DNA from: a virus
Taxonomy: Duplodnaviria; Caudoviricetes
Strand: one strand, 5' to 3'
Virus record (IMG/VR): IMGVR_UViG_3300044714_000024
Location: 204-64,203 of that record
Length of the DNA: 64,000 bases
Part shown: positions 19,101 to 27,583 of the stretch, piece after piece
Position numbering within the stretch: the stretch's first letter is position 1
How the letters are laid out: every line of letters begins with the position of its first letter
Translations under genes and position numbers: made by a program
Notes under the pieces: generated by a model
What the model was told of the DNA's origin: nothing
What the model saw: the letters and a program-made list of their open reading frames with translations, nothing else
Database searches by the model: none

Positions 19101-22100
19101 TCAAGGCTGACGCAAAGACGGTCATGGATTGGCTCGGACTGAAAGGGCCACAGGACTTAGCCCTGGGTTCGGATGCCTCACGGGCGGCCAAGATCAAGGC
19201 AACCAAGGCCCACGAGAAGTTTGCCAGGGGATTCGAGCAATATCTAAGAGAAGGCGTCGCGCCCTCTCCGCAGCTTGCCGGGGTATTCGCCAAGGTAAAG
19301 CAATGGATGCTCAATATCTATCAGACAATCAAAGGCTTAGGTGCTCCGATCAATGACGATATTCGGGCCGTTTTCGATCGGATGCTTGCGGAAGAACCTC
19401 AACGTACCGTGATCGCGCCTGAGATTGTCAAACGGCCTGATTTGCAGGATATTCATGAGTCGGACGCCGTTCTGACCGAGCCACACGAAGCGGAACGGGC
19501 AGCAGACCGCATTCAAAGTGAGGATGCCCGTGCACGAGCCGAACTCCCCAAGGATATAGCGGATGAGCATCGAGGAAGTGCAGAGAAAATTGGAACTAGC
19601 CCAAGCGAACCAATCCCATTGGGAGAAGATCGCGGCCGACCCGACACTATCGGTCCGGGCGGCGCTGGCAGCGCGCAACTCGGCACGGAGCCACCGGGCG
19701 GCGGCCACATTGTACCGCAAGGCGCTGGGCTACGAACACTTGAAGGCGGCGCAGGCACAATAGAGCCACTGCCGATTGGTCCTCACGTTCCGCTGGATGC
19801 TTTACCGGCGGCGAAGATGGATAAGGTCGGCAATATCCGGCTGGAAAATCTCGATAGTCCCGCCGCCGTCAACGATGCAATCCGAACGCTCTACCACGAA
19901 AACAGCGCGCAACTGGACGCCGCCACCCGAGGCGTCATGTCCGATCAATCCATCATGGATTTGGCGGACGCAATGGGCGTCGATCCGCGAATCGTCGCAA
20001 ATAACATGGACCGTCTGCGGCAGATGTCCGTGGAGGATGGAGTCCCGTTGGCTGCGCGTATCTGGTTGATGCGCGACACGTTCACAAAGCTCGCCGCCGA
20101 AGTCAGCCGGACCATGCAAGGCACGGATGAAGTCGCCTACGCGGAAGCGCGGCAGCGATTTTTGATGGCACACGAAACGCTGTCCGGCATCACGGCGGAA
20201 ATGGGCCGTGGGCTTCGCGCATTTAGGACTATGAAGGGAGCGACACAGAGCGCGGAAGAGCTTGCGGCGGTTTTGAAGGATGCGACCGGCAAGACGTTGT
20301 TTCAGTTGCAGCAGGAAATGACGTTGGGGCGCGCCGCGAATACTCCCGCTCAAATCGCGCGCATGGTGCAACAGGCGCAATTGTCGTGGTGGCAGAGAGT
20401 AAGATCGGGGGTTATCTCCTACGTCATCAACAATCTGATTTCCGGGCCGATCACTCACTTGGGATATTCCATTGGTAACGAGGTTTTGCAGTTATGGAAG
20501 GCCGTTCCTGAGACTGCGGCATCGGCGGCCGTCGGCGCAATCCGCGAACGCTTTGGAACTGCCGAACCGGGCGAGCGCGTGTATTTCGGCGAAATCGGAG
20601 CGCGTCTCTACGGCATGATGTATGGTGCAAGGGATGGAATTATGCCGTCCTACAGCGCACTTAAAACCGGCGTGTCAGTGATGAAGGGCGACGCTTCTGG
20701 GGTTGATCTTTTTAACTCAGAAATCGCTTACCGGCCGCAACAGATTCCCGGCAGGGTCGGTTACGTGTTGGAAACGCCATCGCGCCTTGTGGCGGCGATT
20801 CATACGATGCACTACGCCATGAACTACGAGGCGGAAATCTCCGCAATGGCGTTCCGCGATGCGATGAAGGAGGGATTTGATCTAGGCAGTGCGGAATTCA
20901 ACCAGCATATGGCGGAATTCCGGTCCAATCCTCCCGCGAACGCGATGCAAGAGGCGCACGACAATGCACTCGAAATGGTGCTGATGAAGCGTCCGACGTT
21001 CGGTTCGGCGCAATATCACTTGCAGAAAGCCGTCAACGGAAATCTTTTCGCCAAGCTCGTAATGCCGTTCCTGCAAATAGGAACGAACATTCTTCGGGAG
21101 GGTTATGTCGAGCGCACTCCGTTTGGTGCGCTGGTCTCTCAGGACATCCGAGATAATCTGTACGGCAAAAACGGCGAGGTTGCGCGGCAGACGCAAATGG
21201 GCAAGATCGCGCTCGGAACCGGACTCGCTACAACGGTTATCGGACTGACGGCGCAAGGCATTCTGACCGATGGAGGGCCGTCCGATCCGAAACAGCGCGA
21301 AGTCTTGGAAATGACGGGATGGAAGCCGTACAGCATCAAGGTCGGCAGCGAGTACATTCCCTATCGAAAATATATGAGCGCGCTCGGGCCTCTGGTCGCA
21401 GGCGTGTCGGATATGTATGCGGTCGGGCATCATCTGAGTGAGGAAGGCTTGACCAAAGGTGCCGCCGCCGCGCTGTTCGGATTTGCCGAAGTGGTTGCCG
21501 ATGAAACATGGATGCGAGGACTTGCGGACTTTATCGACGCGGCGCGGCATTGGGACCGTGACGGGGGAAAATTCTTGCGGAATTTCTCGATGAACTTTAT
21601 TCCGTTCTCTGTCGGGCTTCGACAAGTCGCCTCCATGACCGATCCCGTATGGCGCAGCGTGCGCTCGGAAATGGACGCCTTGCGCGCTCATATTCCCGGC
21701 ATGAGCCAAACGCTTCATCCCATTCGCGACATATGGGGCGAACCAATGCGCGGCGGCACGATGATGTCTTGGTCGCCGGCCGTGAACGATCCGGCAACAA
21801 TCGCGCTACAGAAAGCCGAATACTACCCTGCGCGGCTTCCGAGAAAGATTCGCGGCGTCGAATTGACCGATCAGCAGTACGATGACTTCACGCGAATCGC
21901 AGGCCGTGACGCCAAGATGCGTGTCAATGCCATGATATCGAATCCTGGCTTTAATCTCATCCCGCAGCAGCACCGCCAAGAAATGTTGCGCGACGTTTTT
22001 GCGGGGAAAAGTAGTTCAAAAGAGATGGCGGAAACCGTCATTATGATGCACTCTGCCGGTACGCCTAACGATATAATGAAGCAGGCGAACGATGCTAAGG

Positions 22101-22132
22101 AGGCTATCATGCAGAAAAGAACCGCCCCCTGA
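16154..22132 (+). CDS. large internal virion / DNA-ejection polyvalent protein
   Basis: ~1990 aa; TFFHESGH zincin-like motif, HEKFARGFE.YL.EG.AP, G.KPYSIK.G and P.RD.WGEP. TGATG coupling to the upstream gene. Confidence 0.85.
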   Translation: MQDVPAQQPTAAPVPQDVDTLFPEKGGAQDVDSLFPSSIEADRKAKAAGISHSPINDLIFGDKTVNPVARILDSFEQGFEQGWGTDRLGLSDESTEYLKKIGIFNDYQKGQASLVKTANEVLLRPAAVVLDAVIRRGLPAMFRGGQAVVQQVGEEVGAPNLAREIAALPEAFPTGLHGPVSGMPIPGLGLGESIRNTPGLVEAARNMRVIGAGERGWAGTGPVEAPKTEPVKIETVPQPVSGKPEQPSPMTPPPPVTAIEPEIITPDIHTAARQAAPDVFARYDTLKQQQDGLQKWLAEREAQGQSEPGVKAYLDGVNKELDELSPQVKAAYQQAAETTNAATVLPPVSQSWGMFPPPEVTGAPAKIDATHTVLSGANSTVDGTVVVDRSIPEFSPTLKTSVGESAPLHEFLAEHETTEAALMKDGMPYDQAHIRATAAERAKVEAAGVDWTAYTHEIDGYLNHVEHEPNTNPPTEPLHIDPQTAIGHHKSENKEGIAAAPATHPIEAQRDFIVNDVKRQLIAAGRPEAEAQAAGQLVAARYEARAARLGGARGSAEELYKAEGAQIRGPSGTAAPAPTGAPAIAPMPAAEAIPEDELTTIHIGHRAPRGPRAVPQERWSLLQFIADRGGIKADDKNIGDVRTIFGKDQKWIPGFGPLIRKDGMEIDRAREAAVEAGYIQDHGQSGVSSGEATSNIDTLLQAMDREERGNKVYRQGIEPTEASERVPDAAELEQHRAIQAELDTRIADYLKEVGIKPNEIEPSIFARMRELMDRQRLEPDIAHERAVMEADDHAVETENAPERTEYIPGWDVPDDTGAAQEARGATAQGEERPSGAGPRTDRDGDREKAWTEFYQRKRERDLIAEREVEGQQQIPGAEKITDAELAQRRANEPLKRTAEQKPMDVGLFGDEKDQQELFQQARGGIVLNPNAVPGHDYIGMENVRPLMRLTVEANASTFFHESGHHWLAELVRDAAHEAAPADLKADAKTVMDWLGLKGPQDLALGSDASRAAKIKATKAHEKFARGFEQYLREGVAPSPQLAGVFAKVKQWMLNIYQTIKGLGAPINDDIRAVFDRMLAEEPQRTVIAPEIVKRPDLQDIHESDAVLTEPHEAERAADRIQSEDARARAELPKDIADEHRGSAEKIGTSPSEPIPLGEDRGRPDTIGPGGAGSAQLGTEPPGGGHIVPQGAGLRTLEGGAGTIEPLPIGPHVPLDALPAAKMDKVGNIRLENLDSPAAVNDAIRTLYHENSAQLDAATRGVMSDQSIMDLADAMGVDPRIVANNMDRLRQMSVEDGVPLAARIWLMRDTFTKLAAEVSRTMQGTDEVAYAEARQRFLMAHETLSGITAEMGRGLRAFRTMKGATQSAEELAAVLKDATGKTLFQLQQEMTLGRAANTPAQIARMVQQAQLSWWQRVRSGVISYVINNLISGPITHLGYSIGNEVLQLWKAVPETAASAAVGAIRERFGTAEPGERVYFGEIGARLYGMMYGARDGIMPSYSALKTGVSVMKGDASGVDLFNSEIAYRPQQIPGRVGYVLETPSRLVAAIHTMHYAMNYEAEISAMAFRDAMKEGFDLGSAEFNQHMAEFRSNPPANAMQEAHDNALEMVLMKRPTFGSAQYHLQKAVNGNLFAKLVMPFLQIGTNILREGYVERTPFGALVSQDIRDNLYGKNGEVARQTQMGKIALGTGLATTVIGLTAQGILTDGGPSDPKQREVLEMTGWKPYSIKVGSEYIPYRKYMSALGPLVAGVSDMYAVGHHLSEEGLTKGAAAALFGFAEVVADETWMRGLADFIDAARHWDRDGGKFLRNFSMNFIPFSVGLRQVASMTDPVWRSVRSEMDALRAHIPGMSQTLHPIRDIWGEPMRGGTMMSWSPAVNDPATIALQKAEYYPARLPRKIRGVELTDQQYDDFTRIAGRDAKMRVNAMISNPGFNLIPQQHRQEMLRDVFAGKSSSKEMAETVIMMHSAGTPNDIMKQANDAKEAIMQKRTAP

Positions 22133-22299
22133 TGGCTGAAATTCGCCCGCCGATCACGCCAAGGAACGCGCCAGCCAAGACGCGACCGAGAGTGCGCCCG
22201 CTGCGGAAAGTAAAGGCGCCGTTTCTGCCGACCGAAAAACATCCCCACGGTTGGCTTGCTCATCATCGGATGAAGGCTGAGACTGGAAAGACCGAATGA
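22132..22299 (+). CDS. 55-aa basic hypothetical protein
   Basis: TGATG overlap upstream and ATGA overlap downstream; MAEIRPPITPR...KAETGKTE*. Confidence 0.55.
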   Translation: MAEIRPPITPRNAPAKTRPRVRPLRKVKAPFLPTEKHPHGWLAHHRMKAETGKTE

Positions 22300-24275
22300 A
22301 AAAAGCCGCCGGCCTCCTGCTCGCATTCCTCGGCCTTCTCATTTTAGGTGAGATCGTCGATCTGGCGTGGCTGGGTTATGTTCGCGCCACGGTGACGAGC
22401 GCGCAATCGTCCGTGGTGATCGGCGGCAACGGCTCTGTCACGAATTTCACATTCCCGTTTATTGGCGTCGCCTCCAACGACATTACGGTGATGTACACGG
22501 ACGCGAACGGCAATCAAACGACGCTCACGCCGAACACACAATACACGCTCACTCTCACTGCACCATTACCCGGAGCAATCTGGGGCCTCGGCGGCTCGGT
22601 CACATATCCCCTCGTTGGGTCTCCCATCGCGTCGGGGACCACGATTACCATCGCGCGGACGCTGCCCTATCTGCAAACCGTAAGCTCGAATCAGGGGCAG
22701 GCTTTCCCAACCGCGGTCGAAGCGGCGCTTGATCTACTGGCGATGCAGATTCAACAGGTCGATGCGTTGTTTGGGCGTGGGATTGCGATCCCGGTTTCCG
22801 ATAGCTGCGGCAATCTTGCGGCTTTGCCGGCGGCGGCACAACGAGCGAATCAGGTATTAGGCTTCGATGCGACTGGCTGCATCCCGGTCGCGGTTTCATC
22901 TTTGCCGGCAGGTACGGTTTCCTCGGCGATGCAGCCCGTGGTTAACGCGCCTACGATTGTGGCGGCGCGAGCAGGCCTTGGGCTAGGAAGCGCCGCGACG
23001 GAAAACGTCGGCTCTTATGGACTCGCTGACGATGGAGCAGGAAATTTAAGGCAGACTTTTATAACAGTTTCGGATTCAGGCTCCCAAAGCGTCACGTCGG
23101 CATTTCAACTCAATCAAAGAATCTGCTCCGGGCCGATCACCTATACCTTGCCGCGAGCAAATACATTGTGGAATGGATTTGGGTTCTGGATTTACTCCAT
23201 TTCAGGAATCTGCACGATCACGCCAAATGCTGCGGATAACTTTCCGGGCGTAGCTTCCGGTACGGCAATTACGATTGCCGCAGGCTCGTGGGCCTGGATC
23301 AGCACCAACGCGGCATCGACGGGAACGTGGTGGCTCGATGCTCATGGACCGTCGAATGGAAGTCTCGCAGCGGTTGCGAGCGGTAATGCTTTGACGATCA
23401 CATATTCGGGTGGACCGCTGCGATTCCGCGACAACACGCTGGCGAACGGCGATTCATTGTGGGCCATCCCGACAGGGGCGCTCGGCATCACTATCCCGCA
23501 AGGAGCAACGCTTGGAACATCAAGCAGCAATGTGCCATTTCGTATCTGGATATTTGCGGCGTACAATAGCGGCACGCCTATCCTGGGGGTAGCAACTTGT
23601 TCCTCTGCGACGCAGATTTATCCGTGCAAGGTATGGATGACACAGCGCAAGACCGGAACGGCAATTACCGCAGGAGCGACAAGCCCTGGAACGCTCTACA
23701 CATCTGCGGCGGATTCAAACGATAGCATTATCATCTTAGGTTATGCCGATTATGCGTCCGGGCTCGGAACGGCAGGAACATATGCCACTGCGCCCACCAC
23801 GTTGCAATCTTTTGTGGTCGGAGTTCCGGGTCCGGGAGAGGTCGTACAGACTATCGCGCCAGCGCCAATCACAACCACAACGTCATGCCAGACAACACAA
23901 ACCCAAACGACAATTACCGCCGCGATTAGTCTGCAAGGTCCCAACCTCGTAAGACTTCACGCGGGTGTTGCGGGTGTGATTGGTTCTGGACACAATATTT
24001 CGTTACGCTTTTCAAGGGGCGCTGGCCCCACGCTGTTCGGTGCGGCTCCTTTGCTCTCTATAGCATCTGGGGCTTTTACCTTTTTTACGTTTTTTGAAGC
24101 CATGGATGCGCCGCCGAGTGGTGGCACGCTCACGTACTATGTCTATTGCGCATCGGATGTAAACTCGGCGGCGACGGCAGGCGGCTCAAATGGCAGTTCG
24201 CTTATAATTGAAGAAATCATGGGAATGCTTGAACCCACAAACGACAATGAACTTTCTCTAACGAAAGTCGGATGA
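22296..24275 (+). CDS. tail fibre protein (podovirus fibre attachment domain) preceded by signal peptide
   Basis: After MKKAAGLLLAFLGLLILG...VRA| comes TVTS......GNG..T.F.FPF...GG.VTYP...G.TITI.R.LP..Q...NQG...P..VE.ALD.L.MQIQQ. Confidence 0.85.
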   Translation: MKKAAGLLLAFLGLLILGEIVDLAWLGYVRATVTSAQSSVVIGGNGSVTNFTFPFIGVASNDITVMYTDANGNQTTLTPNTQYTLTLTAPLPGAIWGLGGSVTYPLVGSPIASGTTITIARTLPYLQTVSSNQGQAFPTAVEAALDLLAMQIQQVDALFGRGIAIPVSDSCGNLAALPAAAQRANQVLGFDATGCIPVAVSSLPAGTVSSAMQPVVNAPTIVAARAGLGLGSAATENVGSYGLADDGAGNLRQTFITVSDSGSQSVTSAFQLNQRICSGPITYTLPRANTLWNGFGFWIYSISGICTITPNAADNFPGVASGTAITIAAGSWAWISTNAASTGTWWLDAHGPSNGSLAAVASGNALTITYSGGPLRFRDNTLANGDSLWAIPTGALGITIPQGATLGTSSSNVPFRIWIFAAYNSGTPILGVATCSSATQIYPCKVWMTQRKTGTAITAGATSPGTLYTSAADSNDSIIILGYADYASGLGTAGTYATAPTTLQSFVVGVPGPGEVVQTIAPAPITTTTSCQTTQTQTTITAAISLQGPNLVRLHAGVAGVIGSGHNISLRFSRGAGPTLFGAAPLLSIASGAFTFFTFFEAMDAPPSGGTLTYYVYCASDVNSAATAGGSNGSSLIIEEIMGMLEPTNDNELSLTKVG

Positions 24276-24598
24276 CGATGCCCGAACCCTTGATCCAGCA
24301 AAACCAGATTATCCCGATTGCTAGTCCGGTTTTTACGTCGGTCGCTCTGACCGGGGCGAACAGTCCGAGTGTCATCGGTCCGAACGCACAGCGACGCGGG
24401 ATCACGTTTGCAAATCCCTCCGCGACACAGACGATATATATTGCGCCTGCGGGCAGTCCGATTGCCGTGGGGCAAGGTATTCCGCTCTTTCCGGGAGCAA
24501 CATATTCGGTGATGGCGCAGGGTAACTTTCAGATCAATTGCGGATGGCAGGCTATCGCAAGCGGCGCGTGCAATCTCAGCATTCTGGAATTTGTCTGA
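24272..24598 (+). CDS. small beta-sandwich structural protein
   Basis: N..R.G..F.N......YI......GI.L.PG pattern; overlaps both neighbouring genes. Confidence 0.65.
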   Translation: MTMPEPLIQQNQIIPIASPVFTSVALTGANSPSVIGPNAQRRGITFANPSATQTIYIAPAGSPIAVGQGIPLFPGATYSVMAQGNFQINCGWQAIASGACNLSILEFV

Positions 24599-26358
24599 TG
24601 AAGAAGATTCTGCTAGTCTTGGCATTTCTGTTTGCTGCGGCAGTCCCGGCGGCAGCGCAGGGATGTGGTCCGCAGAATCCGAATTGCATTGTACCGACTG
24701 CGCCGCCAGGGACGAGCGATAATCGCGCGGCTTCTACGGCGTTCGTGGAGAATGCCGTAACGGCGGCGCCGATAACCTCAGCGCAACTTGATGCCATCTG
24801 TTCTACCAATAACGAGTTTTTGATTCGCGTTACAGGCACTTGGCAGTGCGGCACATTCAGCGGTCAATTCAGCGTTGGCAGCACGCTCAGTATTGCAAGC
24901 TTGGCGTGGAGTCTGATCACCGGCACGCCTACAACGCTCGCAGGCTACGGCATCACGAATGCCCGCCCCCAACTTTCAAATGCGCTGACCATCTATGTCA
25001 ACGGGAATAGCACGTCAGCGACATGCCAACCCAGTAGTGCAACGCCGGCAACTTGTGCTGCCGGGAACGATAGCAACAATTGCCTGACGCCAGCGACGGC
25101 GTGCTTGACTCTGGCGCGGGGCCTCATCGCGGCTCGAAGCGTCGACGAGGCGGGATTTCAAATCACCATCGTCCTTGCCTATACGACGGCGGGGAGCGCT
25201 GGCGCACTGAATTATGGCGGCACGTTTGCTCTTGGCCCGGCCATCGGAGCGCAAGGCCCCGGCGGCAATGCATTGTTCATTACAGGCGATCTTAATTCGC
25301 CCGCATCCGTCAGCATAACGGCGCCGAATACTGGGCTGCTCGATGGCATCTACGCCAGCGACGGATTCGTAGGACGCTTGTCATACGTTCAACTTGATAA
25401 TCAAAGCGCCGCGTCGGACGGCCTTCGCGTCGGGCAGATGGCCATTGTTGACCTTCTTGGTGTGACGTGCGGAGCGTCCTGGACGGGCACTGCGGGCTCC
25501 TGCCTTTACTTGGAGAAGGGCGGCGTTATGAACGGCGCCGGCTCCCCGATGCTGACCTTGGCCGGATGTGGTGCATTTGCTCTGCAAATGACGGGCGGCA
25601 TTTTCAACGCCGCCGACATATCCAATCCCGGCACGCCCAGGACCATAGCCATTCCGTCAGCTATTGCGTGTGGTGTTTCAACCGTTGTGGCGACGGGCAA
25701 TTCGGAACTTCTCGGCTTTACCAACAATACCTTCACGGGCTCTGGTGTTGCAGGAACGACGGGCACGCGCGCCATTCTCGCGGGCGCGGCCTATGTGAAT
25801 TATTCCGGCGCAAGCTCCGTCAACTCGATCTTTCCCGGCAATGTCAATGCAACAATTCAGGACGCGGCGACAACAAATCACGCGGGCGACACGCGAACTG
25901 TGCCACTTCCGGTAGCGAGCGGTGGCACCGGCGTCTCGACTACTCCCGGTATTCAAGCCATCGCCGCTGGGGAGTTCATCAATTTTATAGCTAGCGGCGT
26001 CAACTTCAACTCAGCAAACACCGACACGGCTATCCCTATAACACTGCCGACTGGCTATACCCGTTATATTGTTTTCCAGGTACAGATAAGCGGCGCCAGT
26101 GCGTCAATCAGCACGGCGACCTTTGGTGTTTTCTCAGCAGCGGGCGGGACCGGTACGGCTTGGGTTGCGAGCGGCACGGCCATTTCCGTGGTAAGTGCTA
26201 GTGATGCAACCACGAATAATTATCAGTCAACGAATGCGTCAGCAGGTTCAGCGAGTTTTTTGGTCGCTAATACGCCTAACATTTACTTCCGGGTCGTGGG
26301 AGCACAGGGATCACCGGCGACCGCCAACGTAATCATTAGTGTAAAGCCGTCGCCGTAG
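24598..26358 (+). CDS. tailspike/fibre-like protein with signal peptide
   Basis: Leader MKKILLVLAFLFAAAVPAAA|Q; PTAP.G.S...AASTAFV, I.G.PTTLAGYGIT.A and IYV....GND.N.CL...AC.T motifs, then a beta-helix-like region. Confidence 0.82.
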   Translation: MKKILLVLAFLFAAAVPAAAQGCGPQNPNCIVPTAPPGTSDNRAASTAFVENAVTAAPITSAQLDAICSTNNEFLIRVTGTWQCGTFSGQFSVGSTLSIASLAWSLITGTPTTLAGYGITNARPQLSNALTIYVNGNSTSATCQPSSATPATCAAGNDSNNCLTPATACLTLARGLIAARSVDEAGFQITIVLAYTTAGSAGALNYGGTFALGPAIGAQGPGGNALFITGDLNSPASVSITAPNTGLLDGIYASDGFVGRLSYVQLDNQSAASDGLRVGQMAIVDLLGVTCGASWTGTAGSCLYLEKGGVMNGAGSPMLTLAGCGAFALQMTGGIFNAADISNPGTPRTIAIPSAIACGVSTVVATGNSELLGFTNNTFTGSGVAGTTGTRAILAGAAYVNYSGASSVNSIFPGNVNATIQDAATTNHAGDTRTVPLPVASGGTGVSTTPGIQAIAAGEFINFIASGVNFNSANTDTAIPITLPTGYTRYIVFQVQISGASASISTATFGVFSAAGGTGTAWVASGTAISVVSASDATTNNYQSTNASAGSASFLVANTPNIYFRVVGAQGSPATANVIISVKPSP

Positions 26359-26485
26359 CAACAGCGCTGATTGTGACGCCACGACGACTCAGGCATGGTG
26401 AGGGCATGGGTGATCCCATTCTCGCTGCGGTCTTTCTGGCGCTTGTCGTGAGTGCCGCTATAATTATCACAAGGAATGCGATGCG

Positions 26486-27038
26486 ATGACCGATGCAACA
26501 ACTGCCCTGGCCGATCCGCACTTCGCTGCCTGTTGGCCCTTTACTTTAATCCAGGAACGCCCGCTGCCGAACGATTGGAGCAACCGGCGAAATTTCTCCA
26601 ATGACGCGCACGATCCCGGCGGCGAAACGATGTGCGGCATCATTCAACGGGAATATGATCAGTACCGCAAAAGCAAAGGACTACCGCTGCAAGACGTGAG
26701 CAAGATCAGCCGCGATGAAGGCGCCGACATCTACTACAATTCATATTGGTTGCCGGAATGCGCGAAGCTACCGCCGGGTCTCGATTTGCAGTTTTTCGAT
26801 GAAGCTGTGAACGCCGGGCCCGGCGCGGCCACGCTGATCCTACAACGCGCGCTCGGTATCACGGCCGATCGGATGTGGGGATCGATCTGAAACCGATGCC
26901 GCAGTTAAGGGCATCACAAACATCGCTGGCACTATCAACGCCTTCACCAATAATCGCGAGGCGTACTATCGCGGGCTGCGCGTCTTCCAATACTTCGGCA
27001 AAGATTTGATTAGGCGCTCGGCCGCCCCAAGCATTTGA
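26486..27038 (+). pseudogene. GH108-family endolysin, frameshifted
   Basis: SND.HDPGGET.CGI, IY...YW and FD.AVN.G motifs. The GATCGATC duplication at 26880-26887 causes the stop at 26890; the C-terminal domain (R.AYYRGL..F..FGKD..RR) continues in another frame to 27038. Confidence 0.8.
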
Positions 27039-27176
27039 ATTTATTGTCGTCGGGATAAATCCAAAATAACCCGCCAGTATTCCAAAACAAAAGATGGAAA
27101 ACACCAATGTGAGTGAGGTTGACTGAGGATTGGATTGGAGTCAGGGTCGCTCCCATCAAAGAATCAGGACAACGCC

Positions 27177-27404
27177 ATGATCCTTTCCGTCGAAGAAATC
27201 TGGGTCGGCTTCATGGAAGGTGTCGAAGGCGTCTGTGTCGTGGTAAATAAGGGCACCCAAACGGAAACCATCCTGTCAATTCAGATGTGGACGGCGCTCA
27301 ACGCTGGGTTGGAATTGACGCGGAGAGGGGCTATTCTGATTTCCGATAGTTGCTCGACGGTGCCGAAAGTGACGCCGCAGGAAATTCGGAGAATGGATTC
27401 GTGA
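27177..27404 (+). CDS. hypothetical protein
   Basis: AGGA RBS; ORF. Confidence 0.5.
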   Translation: MILSVEEIWVGFMEGVEGVCVVVNKGTQTETILSIQMWTALNAGLELTRRGAILISDSCSTVPKVTPQEIRRMDS

Positions 27405-27583
27405 GCAGAAATTTTGGTCACGCGAGGGCAACGCGAACTGAAAGACCGGACTCGGTCAACGATCCGCTTGAGGGGAAGTTAACGCCGTTTCAGCGTTTTA
27501 TTTTGCTTGTCGGATGTGCGGCGAGTTTGGTCCTGAGTGTGTCGGTTGCTCATGGTTATTATCTTTGGTTTTTGAAGCCATGA
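27401..27583 (+). CDS. small single-TM protein
   Basis: GTGA/ATGA overlaps with neighbours; FILLVGCAASLVLSVSVA hydrophobic stretch. Confidence 0.5.
   Translation: MSRNFGHARATRTERPDSVNDPLEGKLTPFQRFILLVGCAASLVLSVSVAHGYYLWFLKP
27417..27460 (+). repeat. repeat family B, copy 1
   Basis: 41/44 match to the reverse complement of 29047-29090. Confidence 0.9.

Noticed and set aside
273-22326. Numerous long overlapping or antisense ORFs in the structural region
   Set aside because: Expected in GC-rich DNA; Arg/Pro-rich with no RBS or motifs. The two +1-frame ORFs reported as findings are the exceptions.
22296-26358. Diversity-generating retroelement, as in BPP-1
   Set aside because: No reverse transcriptase and no TR/VR pair with adenine-specific differences found. 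The 33-bp duplication at 6229-6384 is too short and its differences are not A-specific.
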